Assembly (NCBI RefSeq): GCF_006345805.1
Contig: NC_043002.1
Location: 45,632,001-45,696,000, forward strand
Direction: 5' to 3'
Length of the DNA: 64,000 nt
Source of the DNA: Octopus sinensis
Lineage: Eukaryota
Both the position numbers and the translations under genes were made by a program. The notes below the pieces were generated by a model. It saw only the letters and a program-made list of their open reading frames with translations, searched no databases and had not been told where the DNA came from. Below, piece after piece: positions 37,820-49,625 of this stretch (position 1 is its first letter; each line of letters starts with the position of its first letter).

Positions 37820-40662
37820 GACTGGTTCTCGAACTTTTGGCATCACCTTCCCCTTTTACTATGTTTGGGATGCTATTCCTCCCTATTGTTAGGTCATTCC
37901 TCTTATTGATTATCCAAGAGGTGCATTTCAACTAGTTTACCTATTTTCAGCAGAAGAATTTTAATAGCATCCCAAAATGTACAGAAGTTTCTGTCAATTG
38001 GGCCACTAGTATGCACTGAAAACCACAATTTTAGTAGAAATACCATCTTCTCTTCCTCCACTGAAAGTTTGCCGTCCTTTTTCCTGAATCCCTGATACAT
38101 AACATGACAACAAAAAAAATTATATAAGAAATTATTTATTCACAAAAGCAGACCATCTGTCACTTTATTTACAGCAAAGTAACCAGCTCTTCTATGTTCA
38201 GCTCTCTTTTGGAGAGGGCAACCTTCATTTCTGGAGTGACATCCAGTCAATTTCATGACTTTGTTTTCATGGCAAGGAAAGTAGGAAACATGACCTCACA
38301 CTCATAGGTGGTTGGAAATAGCATCAGTACTTTAAGAGACATCCTTGCGGCATCAGGATATGACCGTGTCATTTCAATCCAAAAGTCAGAACAGCACATT
38401 TCACAGAAAAAACATTTTGCACCTCCATCATTGACCAAATCAATGAACTGCTTTCAAATTAAATTGTCTTCTGTTGGCAGATCGCTAACAGAGAGTACAA
38501 AGGGGTTCCTGATAAAGTGGAAGTATTTGTCAAAGTCATGAAGATCAGGAAAATAAAGAAATTCTCTCCCTGCCAAGTATTGACATGTTGTTTCATGAGT
38601 TCAATGATATCATCATTGACTTGAACCTCGTTTTCATCAATAAACATGTTTAGTTCAGTAAACAATGCAAAGTTCTTTCTATCCAACTTTGGGTGCCAAA
38701 GTTCAAGCTTCATTTTGAAAGCAGTTTTTCATGAGAATGAAACATGATTATATTTTTCCCTTGCAGTGAAAGATTGATGGCATTCACTGACTCAAATATG
38801 ACCAGCAAAAATGCCAAGCAGATCAGAAAACGAACATCAGAGAATTTTGGCATGCAAATCTGGCTTGCAAAAAATCATGGACTCCTTTTTGTAGAAGGTA
38901 GATCCTCATTATTGTTTTTCATCTCGAAAGCCATCTCACTTGTGTTTCAAATTCAGAATCACTTTCTTTGCACAACTTCGAAAACAGACGGGAGTGGAAT
39001 GTGTTCACTTTGGTGAAGTTCACTGCTGTAATTGCATAATTCAGAACATTTTTTAACTCATCAGGCATGGTTTTCTTCATTAGTGCTTGTTGATAAATTG
39101 TGCAGTGTTTATCAATAGCAGTTGGGGATTTTTCTTTCACCTACGTCTGAAAACAGGAACAGCAGCCAAGCATCTCTGGAACACCATCAGTGACATGCTC
39201 CCAGTTGATATTATGTGCCTCAAAAGATTTGTCCACTTTGTTAAATATTTTCCTTGCGATTGTTTCAGTGCTGAGGGTTTCGCAAAACAGGAATTCGTCC
39301 TCCATGTGATTGTTATGTACATAATGTACTTAGATGCAAAGTTAGGCTAAGTTGGAAACATCTGTCATTTCATCAAGCTGGATCACGAAATAATTCAAAA
39401 GTGAATTGTGAATTTTAGAAATCAACTGTGACAAAATGTTATCAGACAGCTCAGTTATTTGCCTAGTAACAGTACTGTTTGAGAGAGAGATATGCTTCAG
39501 CTTCTGAAGTTCAGAACTTCCTAGTACATTCGATATGATAACTTTGTGGCAAGACAATATCAACTCTTTGCCATTATTGTGGGGCATTTTAGCAACAGCT
39601 ATTTTCTCTGTAGCCTAATAAGATGCTTTCAAATCAGCTGTAATGTCCAGTAAAAGCATTCCCATGTTATCAAGTCTGGATTTTGTCAATCTGTTGGCTT
39701 CACATCTGAAGAAGTCGATATCTCTATTTATTGAACTGGGATGTTTCATTTCAACTAGCTGAGCTTTAGTGAAGTAGACGACAAATCCTCAGAGCACAGA
39801 ATGCTCTGTAGTTTCCTTCTCCACCAGACTTTATCACAGTAAAACTCCATTTTCCTTTTTTGAGGTATTATAAAAAAATGACAAAATTCAGTAAACCAAT
39901 TTAATGCAACTAGATTGTATATTTATTTCGAATTTATTATACACTTTAGGTGTGCATATATGCCTTAGTGTAGCTAGCTTTTGGATGTACTAATTAACTA
40001 TAAAGCTCTCACTATTAATTATGGAAGAAATCCAAAGTGCATGTGAATGTTGTTTTGTCCATAGATAAACCTCTGTGAATCAATGATAACTGTTGAGAAG
40101 ACAGTTCTGTCAGAGCTCACTACCATGAAAAACAACCATGCCTTATAAAGCCCAGCCATCATGCAGGATGAGAATGAGTATCTGGCAAAGGGCAAGGTCA
40201 TGTGGGAACATGCACCAGCAAGGATAACAATGGCAAGAGACATACAAACGTGTGGATTGCAATAGTGGAGTGGTGAATCATGTGAGCGTAGAATACCGAC
40301 AGCACATGCATGATCATGTTACACCCACATATTTTCCATTGTCCAATCACACTTGATGTACAAGTGTAATTAGCAAATGAGTGTGTAGGAGTGGCACGGG
40401 TTATTGAGGGCAATGACAAAAAAGATGATAGCATGCAAAATATTGAAATTCTTGAAATTTTAAAACTTAACTGTCTCAAGTCACCCATTTTCATGATACT
40501 TCAGCATCCTTTCACAGTCTCCTAGGACAGTGCTTCTTAAACTATCTCATGTGACATACTGGCAGTTTTCTTTTCCAATGTACCGGTAGCTGATGGCTTG
40601 CGGACCACCACTTTGAGTAGCACTACTCTAGGGGATCATGGCCTCTAGTTTGAGAACCACTG
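37820..40662 (-). mobile_element. Decayed near-full-length hAT transposon (Buster/Charlie, ZBED5/SCAND3-like transposase)
   Basis: Ends gACTGGTTCTCGAA (37820) and TTTGAGAACCACTG (40662). Minus-strand fragments ISLSNSTVTRQITELSDNI..FVIQLDEMTDVSN, HCTIYQQAL..VRWLSR and KVLMLFPTTYECE; many stops. Confidence 0.85.
40528..40625. mobile_element. Small hAT-Charlie-type MITE nested near the end of the 37820-40662 element
   Basis: CAGTGCTTCTTAAACT ... CTTTGAGTAGCACTA; flanks tcctagga / ctctaggg share the CTAG core typical of Charlie target sites. Confidence 0.6.
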
Positions 40663-42019
40663 TAGTTCGCTTGAAGCATTGTGTATTGTTTGTAAAAAAT
40701 AATGTGTTTTGAATAGCACAACAATGGACTATAATAACTGTTATGATTTAGCAGTGACTCGATCAATGAAGAAGGAATTTTTATATTCCGAAATATTATA
40801 TCAAACTATGGAAGATTAAATTATAACAGTTATTATAGTTACAGAGATGTACTTGCATAGTAAGTGACCTGATCTGAGATTGTGTGCTGGAACAAAAATA
40901 ATTGCAGCGTGGAAGGTGTTTATAAGCAATTTAAGAAACACACAAAAACCGTTAGATTTACTTCAATATTTATATTTAATTTTGTCAGTGGACAGGTCAC
41001 GGTCTCAAAGCGCCGAAAATATTTTGGCAAATTAAATTTAAAAGTTATTATAAGTTCATTGTTGTTATTCTAGTGCATTGTTGTGCTATTCAAAACACAT
41101 TATTTTTTACATATATATATATATATATATATATATCACCATCATCATTATCATCATTTAACGTCTGCTATCCATGCTGGCATGGGTTGGACAGTTTGAC
41201 TGAGGACTGGCAAGCCAGTAGGTTTCATCAGGCTCCAATCTGATCTGGCAAGGTCTGTACAGCAGGATGCCCTTCCTAACGCCAGCTACTCTGAGATCAG
41301 CTTGTATTATTTCTTATAACTTGTATTGTTTTGGCTCCCCACAAAATTATAAAACACACACACATACACACTTATCCTGACTTTTTTTATATTCTATATA
41401 TTCCCCATGAAATAATCTTCATGGAGTGGATTTACTGGATTTGAACTCATAGGAGTTTACATTATTTTCCTTCATATTGATTTATTATGTGGTTTGTAGC
41501 CAGGTCCACTAAAGGAGTTTTTGTGATTACCACTAGATTATATAAATCCATATACTGTACATTAAATGTGTGTGTGCATGTATGTATGTACGTACGTACA
41601 GGATTGGGTTTTTTTTTTCGTAACAAATTCACTGCATTTTTGTCTGGAAATATGACAATCAAATTAAAATGTTATAACACAATATGGAAGTACACATCAT
41701 TACTAATAAACAAGAATATTGTATAATTAGTTGAAACAGAAAAAGAAAACTTATGTTATGAGAGAGAAGAGAAGTGTAATATTCCTAGTAGAACCAACCT
41801 TGCATCAGAAAGAGAAGAAATGCTTGTGTTGCTAGGTAAATAGACTGGCAGTTGTGTGAGTGAGAAAAAAATTACTATAATTAGTCTGCAATCAGCAAGA
41901 TATTGGTGTAGCCAGGCTTGTTTACCCTAATACTATATTTTCCAGCACAATAGTCAAATTTTTCAGACCATAATTTGTAACTAAAAAGAAGGTAGGTTGA
42001 CATATTGTGAGACAACTCA

Positions 42020-42205
42020 GGCAGATTCAGCATGACACAAAGTGTGATGAGACTGGCCTTCTGAAATACAGGTACTACTCATTTTTGCCAGCTGAGCAAT
42101 GTGAAATAAAGTGTCTTGCTCAAGAACACACCACATCGCCAGGAATTGAATTCGTGACCTTATGGTTGTAAGTCAAACACCCTAACCACTAAACCATGTG
42201 CCTCC
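42020..42205 (-). mobile_element. tRNA-derived SINE fragment
   Basis: Reverse complement ggaggcacatggtttagtggttaggg...cgaattcaattcctggcg has A-box- and B-box-like motifs. Confidence 0.6.
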
Positions 42206-42329
42206 TAATACATTATCAGTTATTCATCAAAAGTACCGGAGGATAATTGGTTCCGACAAGAACAATTCTTTTGGTTATGTTGGAGGATGAAGATATAGAA
42301 AATACCAAAAGTACCAGGATACTTCAGAA

Positions 42330-42960
42330 TCTGTGAGTCAACTTTGTAGGTGGTTTGAAGGAGTTGAAGGCTACAACATAAGCAAATGGCTGGGAGAAGT
42401 TATTGAATAATATTTCAACCTGATTTGGATTTTGAAGGAAATGACTTTCAGCATACCTTTATAAATGCTGGCACCTGAAAAACAAACGAAGGTGATATTC
42501 AAGAATGGTTTTAAATTGATAAAGGTGATCCTGTCTTTCAAGTCCTCACTGATGAAGAATTTGTGAATGAGGCTCTACATAGCTAGGCAGGATAACAGGA
42601 AGACACTGAGATAGAGGAAGTTACACCAAAACAGCCAACACTGTTTAGAATGTGGAATCACATGGACATTACCATCTGTTACATAGGAATATATTTTGAT
42701 TCTGTGATTGAGCCTTACTATGAAAATTTTCAACCATTTAGAGCAGTCGTAATTAAGAATGATGTCAGAGCAAGAAACAATTGATTTTCAATCTGCTACA
42801 TAGGAATATCTTTTGATTCTGTGATTGAGCCTTACTACGAACATTTTCAACCGTTCAGAGCAGCTGTAATTAAGAAATGACGTCAGAACGAGAAACAATT
42901 GAGACTGGATGTTTTCGTTGAATTAACTTCTCTGACTCCCACTCATATTTCAACTCCAGC
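42330..42960 (+). mobile_element. Tigger/jerky-like transposase 3' remnant with an internal tandem duplication of about 125 bp
   Basis: Residual ...IDKGDPVFQVLTDEEFVNE... motif; acataggaatat..ttttgattctgtgattgagccttacta.. occurs at 42681 and 42798. Confidence 0.45.
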
Positions 42961-43629
42961 ATTCTATAAATAACATTTGTTTACAAGTAAGCAGATGTTA
43001 CCAGTGTCACAATTTGTGTACTTTTCAGAAGAGTCTGCAGGTGATGGATTCTACTTCATCTACACATTCAGGAACTGAATAAAAAACTACTCATATTGGT
43101 TATAGCAAAATACTCTTTAACTACACAATAAAAAAGGTACATAAAAATTATATGTTCTTTATGATAATTTTAAAATTATATATTGTGCAGTAGTGCATAT
43201 CATATAAAAGCTTTTTTTAAAAAAAACTGTACAAAATGATTCTGAGGTTACCGTCAGTGTAACATAGTTTTTGGTACTAACAGTCACACATCCTTATTAG
43301 TCAGCTGAATCTAGGAGTTACTCTGTCTGCCTGTCTGTCTCTCTCTATATATATATAAATATATATATATATCAATACGTAATTGTAAGCTCCAAGGATC
43401 TAAGTGTAGGAAGTTTGTACGCTTTGGGCAGTCTGATGAGTAGTTGGCTGGGTTCCCCTTGTTGAGTAATTATTGCATCAGAGAATCTGCTAGCTAGGAA
43501 ACGTATGTAGCCTGGATTTTACCTGTTCCACTACCTCATTTTGGATTTTTATCTACATATCATTTTATCCTTAGACTTGTTTCAGTCATGTGACTGTGGC
43601 CATGCTGGAGCACTGCCTTCACTGGACAG

Positions 43630-43935
43630 CAAAATTTGGTGCAATGAAAAGTGATGCAAAACTGAAAGCAGGCATTTTCATTGAACCCAAGATCACATAA
43701 TTGATGTCTGATAGCAAATTCAGAGGTAAACTAAATCCAGTTGAGCTGACAGCATGGGATTCATTCATGTTCGTTGTACAGAACTTTCTTGGAAATCATA
43801 GAGCTGAAAACTATGCTGATTTAATAAATAACATGACAACAGCGTATGAAAGAATGGGATGCCGAATGTCCCTTAAAATGCACTTCTTACATTCTCATCG
43901 CAATTTTTTTCCAACAAATCCAGCTTCTTTCTAAA
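43630..43935 (+). mobile_element. DNA transposase fragment (widespread metazoan family with an MSLK.HFLHSH motif; superfamily not assigned)
   Basis: SDAKLKAGIFIEPKI..AWDSFMFVVQNFLGNHRAENY..MGCRMSLKMHFLHSH..FFP. Confidence 0.7.
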
Positions 43936-45119
43936 GATTTTCCCCAACTATGGCCATTCTATCTTTTTAAGTGTGTGAAATGTGACCATCCCATTTTATA
44001 AAAACATTTCAAATATAAGTATCTCATCTCTTAAAAGCATTCAAGTATGACCATCCCATTTTTATATAAATATATATTAAGAGTTGATAAATGTATTTCA
44101 TCCCGTTTTTTTTTTTAAAGTATTCAGTGACCATCCTATGTTTCAAATGTGACAATCTTGTCTTTTTCTATGTCCAAATTTACCTCATGACACATTCTGC
44201 CATTTTTTTAAAAAAAATTTTAAAAGCAAGGTGCATTGGATAATGTAGTCCAGGTTATGCTGTCAGAAAAATATGAAATGGAATGATGGTCAAAGGTGGA
44301 ATGGCTTTGATTGTAGGTCAACTGGATCAGAACTGACCAGGGCTAAACAACTTTATGAAGTTACGCATTCGGTAAGAAATAACAGCCAAATTGTTACTGA
44401 TATGCCTTTTACCGTAAAGGTGTGTTAGATTGACTGATCAGCTATTAATCAACAGACAAATATATTAAGCTTAATTTTCTGGCTCATAAACTTTAATGGA
44501 CAATACATACATACATACATACGTACATATATATGTACATACATACTTACATCATGTATGTGTGTGTGTATGTATGTATGGGGGCTAGGTGTCTTGGTGG
44601 AAGTATAGGGTCAGTGATGTCACATAAGTGGCCAAGGGGCCTTGCAGGAAGGACAGGAGCAAGAGAGATCACATGAACCGGAGGATGACGAGTATGAGCC
44701 TTTTCGCTTCAGAGCTGTTGCTCAGGATAGATATAGTGGCTATGTGGGCTCAGGGAATTTGCTGCTTGGTTCTAACCAGAGATTAGGAGGGTAGGGCACT
44801 TATGGATATATCTTATATCCCGTCTAGAAAGGTTCAACATTATGAGAAGATCTATGAGGTAGATGAGTTACATTTCTTTTCTCCATACCACAAGCTATTT
44901 CAGCCTTTGTGAATTTTTTTGTTCTCCTTTCCTGGATGATATGTCAACAAAAATAAGGATTGGTAGTGATGCCATTAGATTGTTCTGTAGTGAGGGGAAT
45001 GTTATCATCTGGATTCAGAAGATTGAAGTGGTGGCCAGGCTGCAATGCATTGAAGATGTGGCAGGTCTCGTGGTTTTGTATTTGGAAGGAAATGCATTGG
45101 TGTTGTACTTCAAAATGAA

Positions 45120-48105
45120 CTAAGCAGACCAACTGGAAGCAAAGAAGATTGAATGGTGCCTAAAAAAGAGTTTGTGGAAGGGTCACATGCTGTGTATGCC
45201 GAACTAAGAAAGGTGTGGTAGATGGGAGAGTAGGTAGATGTGTATGCAGCAGAAATTCAGAGGTTGGCCACATTCAATGGATTTACAGGGGAAGCCCTGG
45301 AAAAAGTAGTGCAGCTAGTGTTCATGAATGGTCTTTTTGACAAGATATTAGTTCAGCTGCAACAGCTGCCTGGTAACAACAACATGTTTATGAGCAAACT
45401 CATTGCTCAAGCCTGTGTGTCAATGCAAAATGCAGGGTAAAATGGTGTGGTGCTAGCAGCTAAGGAAGCCTACAGAACAGGTGGTGATCAATGAAGGATG
45501 AGCAGAGAAGAGCCTTTGTGGAATAGCCATGAATCATTTAAAGGCCAGTGCTTTAGGTGTTGGGGTACCCTCATAGTGAGGAATTTCAGAAAGCTGAAGC
45601 CCAAACCAGTTTGCTCCAGTGTAAACAGACAGGATATATCACCAGCAACTGTAGTCAGGGAAAGGAATAAAAGAGTGGTGGGTGGATTACTGTGCCACTA
45701 CCTATCCCTGCAAGCAAGTAGAGGCACTCAAACAGTCACTGCTTATAGTGAAGGTCCTAGTTGGGGTGAAGGTATTACAAGTCCCTATGAATATGGGAAG
45801 CACAACAATCTTAGTAACCCTAAAAATGGCTAAAAAGTTAAATGGGATGAGTAGTATAAAGGCAGTTGATGACAGAGAGATTAGATGTAGAGGCAGCAGT
45901 GAAGTGGAGTTGGTGGTGCAGGAGAACAAGGATAAGGTTGTAAGTAATTGTGATTGACCATGTGGTGGATAGAGATGATGTGGTAATGAGTATGGATGTG
46001 GTCAGCCACCAAGGAGATGTCACTATTCATAAAGATGGGTTTATGTTTAGTAGTCTGCTGCAGAGGAGTCATGAGAGCCCTGAAGAGAAATGTGCTGCAT
46101 ACACAATTGTAGACAAAGATTTTCAGACTGTGTTTGACAGTCAGCAGTGGACAGTTGAGTGGGACGGGAAAGGAGGGCCCTCAACATTGAAGAATAAGGT
46201 AAGCTATTACTGATAGACTCTTAAGAGTGTTGCTAAGTGCAAGTTTGAGGGAGAGATGGAGAATATTTCAATCTTTTGGAAGGAGGTGGTAAAGAGCAGA
46301 GTGTTGCCATTAATGGTAGTGGTGCAGCCAATGAAAATCAAGTCAGGCTGGTACTGGACTTCCAAGAGCTAAATGACTATGTATCATGCCACACGGGTGG
46401 GGAGGTTACCAAAGTCTGCTGGGAAACATTGTGAGAATGGAGACAGATGACGAGAGCTTCCACAATTGTTGACTTGAGGTCAATATATCTGCAGCTACAA
46501 ATTGCTGAGAAACTATAGGTGTATTAGCTGGTAAGATATAAGGGCCAAACATACTGTTTGACCAGGCTGATTCAGCACCAAAGATCATGGTGATGGTTCT
46601 CAAGTCTAATCTAGGAAAGGTAGACAAGATGAAAAAAGCCACCAACTCCTATACTGACAATATCTTAGTAGACATGAGTGTGGTGTTGGCCACAGAAGTC
46701 ATAAGTCACCTAAAGAAGTTTGACTAACATAAGGTGGCGAGCTGGCAGAAACGTTAGCATACCGAGCGAAATGCTTAGAAGCATTTCGTCTGCTGTTATG
46801 TTCTGAGTTCAAATTCTGCCGAGGTCGACTTTGCCTTTCATCCTTTCGGGGTCGATTAAATAATTACCAGTTACGCACTGTGGTCAATATAATTGACTTA
46901 ATCCATTTGTCTGTCCTCTCTGTGTTTAGCCCCTTGTGGGTAGTAAAGAAATAGGTATTTCGTCTGCCATTACGTTCTGAGTTCAAATTCCACCGAGGTC
47001 GACTTTGCCTTTCATCCTTTCGGGGTCGATAAATTAAGTACCAGTTACACACTGGGGTCGATGTAATCGACTTAATCCCTTTGTCCTTGTTTGTCCCCTC
47101 TATATTTAGTCCCTTGTGGACAATAAAGAAATAAAGAAGTTTGACTAACTGCAAAACCACTAGCGGTGATGGAAGGAGGAGCTGCACTAGGGCTCAAGCT
47201 GCAAAGAGACCAGGTAGATGTATTGATATTTTGGAGAGGAAATGAGATTCTGGAACTGGGTACCAGCACAAACAGATGAGCACTGTTCTTGATGTGTGGG
47301 AAACTGGTGGGTCACTATCCAAAGGCAGGTTGGCTCTGAATGGTATGTAGCTACACCAAGAGACAATTGGACAGGGTGAGCTGGGGTGGAGAAAAGTGGG
47401 AGGGAGAGGATGGTGGCTGAGATCCTAGAAAGGAGTAAGAGGACATACCAGCTTTCCAGAGGAAGCTAGTATGTGCTCAAATTGGAGAACAGGACCATAT
47501 GGTGTGATGCTAGCAGCATAACAATAAGGCTCATTCTGGAAATAGGGGGTACTGAGGTGGAGGATACAGTCTGGCTTAGGAAAATGACTGATTGCAACCA
47601 CATCAATGTGGCTGAATTGAACATAATGCTGAAAGGAGTAAATCTAGCCTTGAGATGAGGGCTGTGTACTATTGAAATTTGAATCAATTTGGCCAATGTG
47701 CTTGGATGGATGGGATTAGGGATCACCGATGAGAAGGGTAGTGGGAATATTAATAGAATGCCAGCTAGGGATTCTGGGAGAGTGAGCTGCTGAATTTGGT
47801 TTGAAGTTGAGTGCAGTCTTTGTGCCCTTGGATTGGACTAAGGCAGACATCCTAACCAGGCTGAAAAAAAGCCTTGTGGAAAGTGCCAGAGGATATGGAA
47901 TGGAAGACAGCTGTAGTGTGTTGGCTGAGTGACTCGGAGCTAAGGAAATTGCATATCATGCATCATATGGGAGTAAATAGGATCCTGTATCTAGCCAGGA
48001 AAGTTGACTTCAACGTTACTAAAGCATTCAGAAAGTGGTTAGGAGTTGTGACAGGTGTCAATCCATCCACCCCACTCCAGGCATGCATGAGGTAGGAAAC
48101 ATTCC
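45120..48105 (+). mobile_element. Decayed Ty3/Gypsy LTR retrotransposon, gag-pol portion upstream of the CR1 insertion
   Basis: Gag-like YAAEIQRLATF..LVQLQQLP; degenerate knuckle QCFRCW; RT-like GLNSAPKIM and YTDNI; RNase H WCDAS..NHINVAEL; integrase HH..CDRC. Numerous stops and frameshifts. Confidence 0.8.
46729..47131 (+). mobile_element. tRNA-derived SINE with a tandemly duplicated body, inserted in the Gypsy RT with an 18-bp TSD
   Basis: TSD TAAAGAAGTTTGACTAAC at 46711-46728 and 47132-47149. Head GGTGGCGAGCTGGCAGAAACG. Two units begin ATTTCGTCTGC at 46783 and 46957, each with GAGTTCAAATTC. Confidence 0.9.
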
Positions 48106-49625
48106 ATCGAAGCGGCCAAAGAAGGCGAAGGAACCGGCGGTCGTTTCTGCACATGATCGTTCCTGTGTGGATTCTTCCTCATCTGCCTTTTCGGTCCCGG
48201 GGGTTCCCCAACCTAATTTGAGGAGCGTAGACTCAAACCCACCTGAAGACCGTTGTTCTCCCCAAAAGAAGAAACGTCGTCAAAACTCCAGTGGGGCAGA
48301 TTTAGCTATGAAACCTGACCATGATAAACGGTCTCCTGTTGACGCAGAGTCACCCTTGATTTCTTCCCTGGAGACGTCCAAACCGAAGGGAACAAAATCG
48401 AAGCAGCCAAAGAAGGCGAAGGAACCGCGGTCGTTTCTGCACATGATCGTTCCTGTGCGGATTCTTCCTCATCTGCCTTTTCGGTCCCGGGGGTTCCCCA
48501 ACCTAATTTGAGGAGCGTAGACTCAAACCCACCTGAAGACCGTTGTTCTCCCCAAAAGAAGAAACGTCGTCAAAACTCCAGTGGAGCAGATTTAGCTATG
48601 AAACCTGACCACGATACACAGTCTCCTGTTGACGCAGAGTCACCCTTGATTTCTTCCCTGGAGACGTCCAAACCGAAGGGAACAAAATCGAAGCAGCCAA
48701 AGAAGGCGAAGGAACCGGCGGTCGTTTCTGCACATGATCGTTCCTGTGCGGATTCTTCCTCATCTGCCTTTTCGGTCCCGGAGGTTCCCCAACCAAATTT
48801 GAGGAGCGTAGACTCAAACCCACCTGAAGACCGTTGTTCTCCCCAAAAGAAGAAACGTAGTCAAAACTCCAGTGGGGCAGATTTAGCTATGAAACCTGAT
48901 CACGATAAAATCTGTTTGGATTCTCCCTCACTTGTCCTTCCCATTAATGCCATTGCTCAACCAATTCTGAACGATCTCGATGTGAGTTCATCTGGGGAGT
49001 GGTGCTCCCCCAAACCGAAGAAGAGGCAGTGCAGTTCCAAACCAGGCGGGATAATTATGACCACTAAACCCATTCCGATCGACCCCACAGGCCGACATAA
49101 GTCCGATGGCTATGAAACCACCCTTCCAATGAAGAATCGAATACCGCAGCTCATAGTAGAGAACATTTTGCCCACTCAAGATCAGCAATAATTTATGGTA
49201 AAGCTGAATCCACCTGTGATACAGGCGTAAACCGCCTAAAAGATGACATTAATTTTGTTTCCATTTTAGTTGGAGAATTGTTCTCTGTGAACGAAAATGT
49301 CAGTGTCCATAAGGTCGCTCGGCTAGGAAGATTCCAAGCGAACCCAACCTCAGATACTAGACCACGCCCAATAAGGGTAATCTTTTCTTCCGATCGGGAG
49401 GCTTCAGTCTTTCTGAACAGAGCTCAGACACATGCCTGGGAGGACCCCAATATGGGTTTTCGCGAGGAATACTCACTAAGAGAGAGAATTCGCCGGAGAA
49501 ACCTAACATCCGAACTAAAGATTAGGAAACAAATGGGAGAGAAGGGTTTACGAATCCAAGATGGACAGATAATCAAGTCCTACCTCTGGTCCCATGCTGT
49601 AGTGCTGACAGGGAAAGTGATGTGA
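48106..49625 (+). pseudogene. LINE ORF1 (partial), with 291-bp tandem repeats and two apparent -1 frameshifts
   Basis: About 2.75 copies of a 97-aa unit, followed by the C-terminal RSAIIYG..RLGRF..RPRPIRVIF..EEYSLRER typical of CR1/L2-type ORF1. Frame breaks at about 48427 and about 49121. Confidence 0.75.

Noticed and set aside
46783-47131. CRISPR-like or tRNA-gene interpretation of the repeated GAGTTCAAATTC units
   Set aside because: Eukaryotic context, no unique spacers, no full cloverleaf; the TSD-bounded structure identifies a SINE.
48035-48511. In-frame fusion of Gypsy integrase CxxC (VRSCDRCQSI) to LINE ORF1
   Set aside because: There is a one-in-three chance of frame match at an insertion junction, the upstream HH half is in another frame, and no credible start is present.
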